Position numbers and translations under genes: made by a program | DNA from: a bacterium | GTDB taxonomy: Bacteria; Patescibacteriota; Patescibacteriia; UBA10025 | Assembly (NCBI GenBank): GCA_021815445.1 | Contig: JAKAGM010000001.1 | Location: 3,447-67,446 of the forward strand | Length of the DNA stretch: 64,000 bases | Direction of reading: 5' to 3' | In this document: positions 56,554 to 64,000 of the stretch, piece after piece | Numbering within the stretch: position 1 is the first letter of the stretch | Layout: each line of letters starts with the position of its first letter | Notes under the pieces: generated by a model | Databases searched by the model: none | Seen by the model: only the letters and a program-made list of their open reading frames with translations | What the model was told of the DNA's origin: nothing

Positions 56554-59553
56554 ATGGAAGCACCACAAAAGCCCGTAAAAACCCGCGCGTCTGTTCCAAA
56601 CTTCCCCAAACTTGAGGAAGGCGTTTTAGATTTTTGGGATAAAGAGCGGATTTTCCAAAAGACGCTCGAAAAGACGGCCGGCGGAAAACGGTTTGTTTTC
56701 TTTGAAGGCCCGCCGACAGCGAACGGATTGCCCGGCATCCACCATGTGATTGCGCGTGCGTTTAAAGATATTATCGTCCGGTACAAAGCGCTCCGCGGTT
56801 TTTTTGTCGAGCGCAAAGCCGGCTGGGACACGCACGGCCTGCCTGTGGAAATCCAAGTCGAGAAAGCGCTGAAACTTTCCGGGAAAAAACAGATCGAGGA
56901 CTACGGGATAGAAAAGTTTAACGCGAAATGCAAAGAGAGCGTTCTGGAATACAAAAAAGAGTGGGAAACGCTCACCAAGCGCATCGGATTTTGGCTCGAT
57001 ATGGAGCATCCATACATGACCTATACGAATGATTACATCGAATCGCTCTGGTGGCTTATCAGGCAGATTTGGAGCAAAGGGCTGCTCTATAAAGGACACA
57101 AGGTAGTCCCGCACTGTCCGCGTTGCGGTACGGCGTTATCGAGCCACGAAGTGGCGCAGGGATATAAGGATGTGACTGAAGATTCTGTCTTTGTGAAATT
57201 CGAGGTAAAAAATCCAGAAAGGGTTGGGATGAAGGGCCCATTATTTATTCTTTCATGGACGACTACACCGTGGACACTGCCGGGGAATGTTGCGCTTGCG
57301 GTGGGAGCGGATATTAAATATGTTGCAGTCACGATTGGTAGTGAAACATATATTCTTGCTGAGGACAGGGTTAGTTCGGTAATTGAATTTCCACTTGGGA
57401 AAAAACTTGAGTCAGAAAAACCCTTAGACCCGAGCACAAAAATACAAAAGGGCTTAAAAGGAAAAGATCTCGTCGGACTGGAGTATGAACCCCTCTATCC
57501 AGTAATCCCCCTCGAAGGAAAAAAAGCCTATTACGTCGCTCCGGCAGACTTTGTAACCACTGATGAGGGAACGGGCGTGGTGCATACCGCTGTCATGTAC
57601 GGCGAAGATGACTACACTCTCGGAGAAAAGCTTGATTTGCCTAAGCATCATACAGTTCACCGCGACGGTACATTCACCGACGAATTGCCAAAATGGAAAG
57701 GCATGTTTGTCAAAGATGCCGAGAAAGATATTATTGAGGATCTCCGTTCACGAGGCCTACTTTATAATGCGGTTTCGCATACACATTCATACCCCTTTTG
57801 CTGGCGATGCGGCACGCCGCTTCTCTATTACGCGAAAGACAGCTGGTTTATCGCGATGTCAAAGCTTCGTGAACAACTGGTGGCGAATAACCAGCAGATC
57901 AACTGGGTTCCGTCACATATTAAAGATGGCCGGTTCGGAGAATGGCTCAAAGAGGTGAAAGATTGGGCATTCTCGCGCGAACGGTATTGGGGGACACCAT
58001 TACCTATTTGGGAGTCAGCTAACGGCGAAAAAATCTGTGTCGGTTCATACGAGGAACTCCGTTCCTTAGCGAAAGACAAATCATTGGTGGGGGAGACATT
58101 TGACCCTCATAGGCCGTTTGTCGATAACATAACTCTCGTCAAAAATGGTAAAGAATATACACGCGTGAACGAAGTCATCGACGTGTGGTTTGATTCGGGA
58201 TCGATGCCGTTTGCCCAGTGGCACTACCCGTTCGAAAACGCTGAGCGGGTTGACGGCGGACTCAGTTTTCCCGCCGACTATATTTCAGAAGCGATTGACC
58301 AGACGCGGGGATGGTTTTATACCCTTCTCGCAATTTCCACATTACTCGGCAAGGGCGCTCCGTATAAAAACGTCATCTGCCTCGGGCATATTTTAGATGA
58401 AAAAGGCCAGAAGATGTCGAAGTCAAAAGGAAACATCTTGAAACCGTACGACGTGATTGATACATACGGGGCTGACCCGCTCCGCATGTATCTCGCCACG
58501 ATGAACCCGCCGGGCGAACCGAAGCGGTTCGATACCAAAGGACTTGATGAAGTGGTCAAAAAATATTTCTTTACGCTCTGGAATGTCACTGAGTTCTATT
58601 TGCTGTATGCTAGCCATGGTCCGGCAGCCGAGATTAAGCCGGTGGACGTTCTCGACAGGTATATCCTTGCGCGGCTGGCACAGCTCGTGGAGCAGGCGAC
58701 ACGGGCATTTGACGCGTTCGATGTCTATACAGTCGGCCGGAAACTGATGGAGTTCGCCACGGAGCTGTCCACGTGGTACGTGAGACGGTCGCGGGAACGG
58801 TTCAAACATGGCGGCGAGGAAGCCCAGCAGGCTGTCAGCACATTGGGGAAGGTGCTCAAAACCCTCGCGCAACTTATGGCCCCATTAACGCCGATGTACG
58901 CCGATATTATCTGGAAAAAACTCGATCCACAGGCAGTTTCCGTGCACTTGAGTTCGTGGCCGGAAAGCGGGGGAGACGCAGATGAGGATTTACTCGATGC
59001 CATGGAAACAGTGCGCCTCGTCAGCGAGCTTGGGCATGCCCTGAGAGCCGAACACGCTTTGCGCGTACGCCAGCCATTGCCGCAGTGCGTGCTCATCGGC
59101 AAACGGATTCCCGACGCATTTATCCGCCTCGTGGCAGAAGAGCTTAATGTAAAAGAGGTTAACTTTGGCACCAAGGCTCCTACAGGCACAGAGTTCGCCA
59201 AAAAAGAATCTGGCGGACTCACCGTGGTTCTCGATACCACCATCACTGACGAACTGCTCCAGGAAGGGATGCTGCGAGACATCATTCGCCATATCAATGC
59301 CCAACGCAAAGCACTCGGTTTTACACTTGCAGACACCGCGTGTATCACGTACGTTACGGAAGATGAAGATATTGTGAAACTCCTCGAACACTTTACCGAT
59401 GTATTACTCAAAGACACGCTGTCGTCTACGCTGCAGCATGCCGAGTCCGAGGAAAAGCTCGCCGGCGCCGGTGAGCCGCTCAAGGTGAAATACGGCACTG
59501 TGCGTTTTGGGTTGGAGAAAATTGCCGAAGCTTCATCCCGCTCAAACAGCTGA
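56554..59553 (+). CDS. ileS: isoleucine--tRNA ligase
   Basis: PPTANGLPGIHHV (HIGH region), GWDTHGLP, KMSKSKGN, C-terminal zinc-binding Cys region. Confidence 0.9.
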   Translation: MEAPQKPVKTRASVPNFPKLEEGVLDFWDKERIFQKTLEKTAGGKRFVFFEGPPTANGLPGIHHVIARAFKDIIVRYKALRGFFVERKAGWDTHGLPVEIQVEKALKLSGKKQIEDYGIEKFNAKCKESVLEYKKEWETLTKRIGFWLDMEHPYMTYTNDYIESLWWLIRQIWSKGLLYKGHKVVPHCPRCGTALSSHEVAQGYKDVTEDSVFVKFEVKNPERVGMKGPLFILSWTTTPWTLPGNVALAVGADIKYVAVTIGSETYILAEDRVSSVIEFPLGKKLESEKPLDPSTKIQKGLKGKDLVGLEYEPLYPVIPLEGKKAYYVAPADFVTTDEGTGVVHTAVMYGEDDYTLGEKLDLPKHHTVHRDGTFTDELPKWKGMFVKDAEKDIIEDLRSRGLLYNAVSHTHSYPFCWRCGTPLLYYAKDSWFIAMSKLREQLVANNQQINWVPSHIKDGRFGEWLKEVKDWAFSRERYWGTPLPIWESANGEKICVGSYEELRSLAKDKSLVGETFDPHRPFVDNITLVKNGKEYTRVNEVIDVWFDSGSMPFAQWHYPFENAERVDGGLSFPADYISEAIDQTRGWFYTLLAISTLLGKGAPYKNVICLGHILDEKGQKMSKSKGNILKPYDVIDTYGADPLRMYLATMNPPGEPKRFDTKGLDEVVKKYFFTLWNVTEFYLLYASHGPAAEIKPVDVLDRYILARLAQLVEQATRAFDAFDVYTVGRKLMEFATELSTWYVRRSRERFKHGGEEAQQAVSTLGKVLKTLAQLMAPLTPMYADIIWKKLDPQAVSVHLSSWPESGGDADEDLLDAMETVRLVSELGHALRAEHALRVRQPLPQCVLIGKRIPDAFIRLVAEELNVKEVNFGTKAPTGTEFAKKESGGLTVVLDTTITDELLQEGMLRDIIRHINAQRKALGFTLADTACITYVTEDEDIVKLLEHFTDVLLKDTLSSTLQHAESEEKLAGAGEPLKVKYGTVRFGLEKIAEASSRSNS

Positions 59554-59558
59554 ACGCC

Positions 59559-60314
59559 ATGGCAACTTTTTCTACTGAAGGCGTCGTGCTCTCCCATTCG
59601 TCGCCTACCGATTCAGGAAGGCTAGTGACGCTGTATACCTGGGGGCACGGCAAGCTCCAAGCGCGCCTCCGTGGAAGCCATAAGACACTCAGTAAGCTCG
59701 CAGGGAACATGGAGCCGTTTTGCGACGGGCTTTTTTTCCTTGCCCACGGGCCGGGCGGGTACACTGTTATCGGCGTCGATGCCGCCTCGCCGCGGAGCGC
59801 GCTCAAGCGAAAGCTCCAGACGACGGCCGCTGCAAGCATCGTTGCGGAAGCTGTCATACGCCTTACGCATGACCAGCAGCCTGACCGCAGGCTTTTTGCC
59901 GTCGTACAGTCCGTCTTTTCTTTTCTTGACCAGAAAGCGCTTCGGACAGGATCTCTCTTGCTCCTCATCACATGGTTTTTCCTCCGTTTCTTTTCTTTGC
60001 AGGGAAGCGGACTCGAGTTTTCACAATGCGTGCGCTGCAGGAAAAAGCTCACCCCCGGGACGCTCAGCATTAGTTTCTCGCTTGGCGGCGCTCTCTGCGG
60101 AGAATGCGGGAGACTGACTTCCGATGCGCAAGCTTTGCGGGCTGATACGCTCAAGCTTTTTCGCCTCCTCAACGAGGCTCCGCTCGCTGACGTCCTTCGT
60201 GTAAAGACTTCGACAGCCAGCCTTGTCCAGGCGCTCAACGTCGTTTCACGGCTGTATCGCTATCACCTCGAGGATAGCTCGCCGGCGCAACAATTCTTTC
60301 AGGCGCTCTCCTGA
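59559..60314 (+). CDS. recO: DNA repair protein RecO
   Basis: OB-fold N-terminus plus CVRCRKK...CGEC zinc-finger. Confidence 0.8.
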   Translation: MATFSTEGVVLSHSSPTDSGRLVTLYTWGHGKLQARLRGSHKTLSKLAGNMEPFCDGLFFLAHGPGGYTVIGVDAASPRSALKRKLQTTAAASIVAEAVIRLTHDQQPDRRLFAVVQSVFSFLDQKALRTGSLLLLITWFFLRFFSLQGSGLEFSQCVRCRKKLTPGTLSISFSLGGALCGECGRLTSDAQALRADTLKLFRLLNEAPLADVLRVKTSTASLVQALNVVSRLYRYHLEDSSPAQQFFQALS

Positions 60315-60349
60315 GCAGTTGTTTATGGCACCGCTCCCTGCTATACTTT

Positions 60350-62335
60350 ATGCGTACCGAGCGTATGAAAAAAAACTATAAACCATTCACTCCCCCCAAG
60401 CGCCAGGCTTCGGAGGAGGAAGATGCAGACAAGGAACAACATATCCCGATACGCGATGTCCGCACTGATGACGTTCCCCGATCCGGCGTGAGGAAATTTT
60501 CAGTCAAGCGCATCGCTGAGATTTACCAGGACGACGGCAAGCTTCCTGACATGTCAAAAATAGTCCGCAAGGATCCGCACAGAAAGCGGACAGTATTCAC
60601 TTTGATCATCGTCGCGCTTGTGGTACTTCTCGGAGCTTCACTCGGGGGTTTTTATCTTTTTAACCAGAGTCGCAATACGTTCTCGGGAAACAACATTAAT
60701 GTGACCGTCAAGGGGCCGCAACTGGCGACATCAGGTGATGACATGACGCTCACTGTTACCATCCACAATGGCGAGAAGATCTCCCTCACGCATGGGGAGC
60801 TCACTGTGCTGTATCCTACGAATTTCCAGTTTGGCTCCGCCCAGCCGTCTCCTCTGGCTGACCGCCAGAATATCTGGGAGGTCGGGGATGTCGGTGCAGG
60901 GAAAGATATACAAATTGTGTTGCGCGGATCTCTTGTCGGGGAAGTGGGGGACAAGAAGCTTTTCTCTCTCACATTCGCCTATGTCCCGCAGAATTTCAAT
61001 TCCGAGTTTCAGGAATCCGTTAATTTTACCGTTACGCTCGGCTCATCAATCATCAGCTTGAAGCTTGATGCCCCTTTGCGGGTCGGTGTAGGGAAAGACA
61101 GCGAATTTAAAATTACTTACCGCAACGAGTCAGATAAAGATATTGATCGTGTCCGCATCCAGGCGACCTATCCTGACGGGTTTTCTGTCATCAGCAGCGC
61201 ACCGCAAGCCAAAGAGGGGACAAACGTCTGGGATATCGACAAGCTGAAAAGCGGGGAGAGCGGCACCATCTCCATCCACGGCACGTTGGCGGGCAACGGA
61301 GGGGAAAATAAGGAGTTTAAAGTACAGGCAGGTCTACTCGCCCAGGACAATACCTTCCGCCTCCAAGTGGAAAAATCCGCGCTTATTCTCCTGCTCAAGC
61401 CGGAGCTTTCGCTCACCCTTACGGCGGGCGGCAGTGAAAAAGGCGGTATCGCCGCACTTGGGGATCTCATTTCATATTCCCTCGCGTACACTAATAACGG
61501 CGATGTCGAGGTGAAAAATGTCGAAATCACCGTCACGCTCGCGTCTCCTATTGTCGACTGGGATCATATCATCGACCCGCAGAAAGGCAAAATGGATGCT
61601 ACGACGATTACCTGGACATCCGACCAAATTGCCGCGCTGGCTTCAGTGAAACCGAACGAAGGCAGTACAATTACTTTTTCGGTGCCAGTCATGTCCGCGC
61701 TGACCGCCAAGACGCTTGCGAAAAACCTTTCACTTATCGCGAGCGCCAAGGCAAAGTCGCAGAAGGTCACTGACCTCGAGGGGCAGGCATTTGAGACCGA
61801 GAGCAACACGACGGTGACGAAGATAGCCAGTACCTTCACGTTCAAGGCCGAGGCGCGGTATTACAATGACGAATTTCTCCAGGTGGGTTACGGTCCGCTC
61901 CCGCCCACTGTCGGTCAAAAAACCACCTACAGGATTTTTTGGAACCTTGCGAATACGAGCAACGAAGTGACTGACGTTGTGGTAAAGACGACGTTGCCGG
62001 ATAATGTCATCTGGACGGGGACGACATCGGTGTCTGCGGGCGAGAAGCTTGTCTATGACGATGCCGCGCGCACAGTAACGTGGAAAATCAACAGAATCCC
62101 TGTCGGCGTAGGGATTACTCTCCCCGAGCTTGAGGCGTACTTCGATCTGACGGTGACGCCCACCTCAGCGGATGTCGGCAAAATACTCGTCTTGAGCGAA
62201 AAGTCCGAGGCGACGGGCGTCGATTCATATACCGAGCAGAAGCTCGATATCACGAAGGAGCTTCTCACCACTGACTTAAGCTCAGACCCCAACGCCAAGG
62301 GAAAGGGGATAGTCGCCGAGGCAAAGACGCCGTAG
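60350..62335 (+). CDS. membrane-anchored surface protein with tandem DUF11/CARDB-like beta-sandwich repeats
   Basis: TM helix, then repeated ~100-aa modules (MTLTVTIHNGEK..., ITYRNESDKDID..., ISYSLAYTNNGD..., TYRIFWNLANTS...). Confidence 0.6.
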   Translation: MRTERMKKNYKPFTPPKRQASEEEDADKEQHIPIRDVRTDDVPRSGVRKFSVKRIAEIYQDDGKLPDMSKIVRKDPHRKRTVFTLIIVALVVLLGASLGGFYLFNQSRNTFSGNNINVTVKGPQLATSGDDMTLTVTIHNGEKISLTHGELTVLYPTNFQFGSAQPSPLADRQNIWEVGDVGAGKDIQIVLRGSLVGEVGDKKLFSLTFAYVPQNFNSEFQESVNFTVTLGSSIISLKLDAPLRVGVGKDSEFKITYRNESDKDIDRVRIQATYPDGFSVISSAPQAKEGTNVWDIDKLKSGESGTISIHGTLAGNGGENKEFKVQAGLLAQDNTFRLQVEKSALILLLKPELSLTLTAGGSEKGGIAALGDLISYSLAYTNNGDVEVKNVEITVTLASPIVDWDHIIDPQKGKMDATTITWTSDQIAALASVKPNEGSTITFSVPVMSALTAKTLAKNLSLIASAKAKSQKVTDLEGQAFETESNTTVTKIASTFTFKAEARYYNDEFLQVGYGPLPPTVGQKTTYRIFWNLANTSNEVTDVVVKTTLPDNVIWTGTTSVSAGEKLVYDDAARTVTWKINRIPVGVGITLPELEAYFDLTVTPTSADVGKILVLSEKSEATGVDSYTEQKLDITKELLTTDLSSDPNAKGKGIVAEAKTP

Positions 62336-62531
62336 GAACATTGAGCGTAGAAGTATTTATTTATCCCACCACTCCGAGCTTGCCTGCCCGCCCCTGGAGG
62401 GACCCGGAGTCCCGTTGTCGTACTTCGGAATGCTGAGCCCAATAGACAGTCTTTGCTGCGGGAAAAAAGTGTGTGTAACAAGGACCTTTAGGTTCGTAAG
62501 CCAGCGGCCATTTTCGCCAGCTCTTGGCAGT

Positions 62532-62560
62532 CTTGACAAAAACCCCAGGATATGATAGTA
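62532..62560 (+). promoter_or_regulatory. strong sigma70-like promoter with extended -10
   Basis: TTGACA, 17 nt, TGaTAGTAT; followed by a ~150-nt leader. Confidence 0.5.
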
Positions 62561-62708
62561 TACGCGGTTACGCTAGTACTTCTTTATGTTCTTTGATAAC
62601 TCGCTTACGCAGTTAGTTCGCAGTTAACGCACAGCAGTAATTGGACATAACGTCCATCGTCTCCAACAAACGGTCTTCACCGCATGGTGCAAGGCTAAGG
62701 GAGGTCCC

Positions 62709-63731
62709 GTGGAAAGCAAGAGTCACGTAGTTGTGGTCCCCAACGAGCTGACCATTGACAAGATGTTTTCACTCTTTGTGTACACGAGGGAGGTTCTTGG
62801 GTTTACCCTCGAACAAATGGACATCCACTTCGAGGATGAATATCTCGGGAAGGGTATTCCTGAAGGCATCCCTGACATTGACGTCAGGCAAAAGTACAAC
62901 AAGCGCGGGTTCGGATCCGCGCTGGAGTGCCTCGCCAGGGTATTTCCGAAACTCCACCGGGTACTCGGCATGGATCACCTCATTGATATCCTGAACAGGA
63001 ACAACAAGACAGGATATCTCAAATCTGACTCGTTGAGCCTCGTATGGCTTATTCGCCAAATGCCCCGCCTGGCTCACAACTGCTCACCACGGCAGCACCG
63101 GCTGTACATCATCGGACTATTCTGGTCGGTGTGCGAGATCTACTTCGCTGCCGCACAGAACGACGAAAACTGTGGTCTTGATACCGTAACCTCGCTTCAA
63201 AACCCTTTCACGATGGAGGGGTACATGAAGATGTGGGACACCATCGAGTCGGCGTATGAGGGCGATCCGCGCTTCAGTGAGTTCGACGAACTGTTCACTC
63301 GGGCTGACGCACGCGAGGAGCAGGCCCAGGAGCGAGCGATCGCAATCCAGCCGACGCACACCTTCGAGGTGAGATCCATCAACGGCGGCAAGGTTGTCGG
63401 TCACTACATCGAGAGCGATGACGATCGCGTCCCGCGCCGGTATTTTCACCTACATCCTGAAGTTCTGGTGCTGTTGGCGCGGAAACCGGAAAAGCGGAAC
63501 TACGCCGTGTTTACTCGCGGCAGTCAGAACCTCAATCCGTTGTTCCAGGCTCTCTCGAACCAGGAGCCGGATCGCTGGGATCTGGTTCCCGGAGGAGGCA
63601 GTGCAATGCTGCTCAACGGATCCAGCACTCGTGCGCGCCAGGCTTCGGACTTGAAGCCATTGGAGCTGATTGAGCTCGTCACCACTCATCTCCGGTATCG
63701 GTCGCGCAGTGAGGCAAGGCGGCGCAAGTAG
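62709..63731 (+). CDS. hypothetical protein
   Basis: 340-aa ORF (GTG start after AGGGAGG; alternative ATG at 62763); no recognisable domain. Confidence 0.45.
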   Translation: MESKSHVVVVPNELTIDKMFSLFVYTREVLGFTLEQMDIHFEDEYLGKGIPEGIPDIDVRQKYNKRGFGSALECLARVFPKLHRVLGMDHLIDILNRNNKTGYLKSDSLSLVWLIRQMPRLAHNCSPRQHRLYIIGLFWSVCEIYFAAAQNDENCGLDTVTSLQNPFTMEGYMKMWDTIESAYEGDPRFSEFDELFTRADAREEQAQERAIAIQPTHTFEVRSINGGKVVGHYIESDDDRVPRRYFHLHPEVLVLLARKPEKRNYAVFTRGSQNLNPLFQALSNQEPDRWDLVPGGGSAMLLNGSSTRARQASDLKPLELIELVTTHLRYRSRSEARRRK

Positions 63732-63756
63732 CGTCGCGCGTAAGCAAGTTGGACAT

Positions 63757-63805
63757 GGCCCGGGGTCACGAGACATTTCGTCTTTGTGACCGCCGGGCTT
63801 TTTTC
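63757..63805 (+). terminator. rho-independent terminator
   Basis: nested hairpins GGCCCGGGGTCACGAGAC...GTCTTTGTGACCGCCGGGC followed by TTTTTT. Confidence 0.6.
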
Positions 63806-64000
63806 TTATTTATTAAGTCCACCAGTTTGAGCTGGTGAATTAGTTTTTATAGTATTAGACTGTGAGCGTCGCTGTGACTTGGAAGAAAGAAAATAACTGC
63901 CCCTCCGGGGCGGGCTCCACTTTTCTTTGCTCGTCCAAAAAAAAGTGGAGAGAAAAGAAAAGACGTCGCGGCGCAAACTCGGCCGTTTGGTCTATATCAT

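Overview
This 64-kb window comes from a mid-GC, apparently uncultivated-lineage bacterium. It encodes many membrane-anchored proteins with N/T/S-rich low-complexity linkers. Composition and gene content look Patescibacteria/CPR-like, although one gene carries a T9SS-type C-terminal sorting domain that is more typical of the FCB group.

Well-supported core genes on the + strand are ybeY, dgkA, ftsA and ftsZ. An nrdR-nrdJ operon (class II, B12-dependent RNR) follows, with NrdR-box-like palindromes over its promoter, and then an HD hydrolase, a PPOX-like protein and a CobA-type corrinoid adenosyltransferase. A cobalamin riboswitch with its own attenuator terminator precedes a DUF4430 B12-binding-like protein and a membrane component. 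Further on lie a polysaccharide deacetylase, htrA, glnA on the - strand, and prfB with the classic CTT-TGA-C +1 frameshift site.

The ComEC channel gene is split: its membrane domain and its MBL domain are separated by convergent fba (class I, DhnA type) and glpX genes. It is immediately followed by an IS200/RAYT-like Y1 transposase gene. After malQ come tRNA-Asp(GUC) and a rplT-rpmI-infC operon whose infC appears to start with AUU. A GIY-YIG nuclease gene, tmRNA (ssrA) directly downstream of smpB, and a TrpR-like yerC gene follow. The window ends with argS, a glycosyltransferase, a methyltransferase, a histidine phosphatase, DUF47-pitA, a NUDIX gene, ileS, recO and a DUF11-repeat surface protein.

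The candidates most worth a second look are:
- A gene cluster at 44.9-49.5 kb encoding a radical-SAM/SPASM enzyme, a CxxxCxxC protein, an AstE/AspA-family zinc deacylase and an apparently circularly permuted ATP-grasp ligase, possibly a peptide or small-molecule modification system.
- An island at 29.2-35.0 kb beside the Y1 transposase, with an SPFH/band-7 protein, two SD-preceded micro-ORFs and a three-gene membrane module whose last member has dockerin-like Ca loops.
- Two paralogous surface-protein genes sharing a perfectly identical 140-bp promoter-proximal segment but carrying divergent AT-rich C-terminal cassettes.
- A 30-bp near-perfect palindrome built around GTGTTAACAC that occurs four times in intergenic regions, one copy directly upstream of yerC.
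- Degenerate tRNA-derived structures next to tRNA-Asp, and a tRNA-Pro-like fragment in the argS leader.

All calls rest on reading motifs in the translated ORFs and the DNA by eye. No database searches were run.
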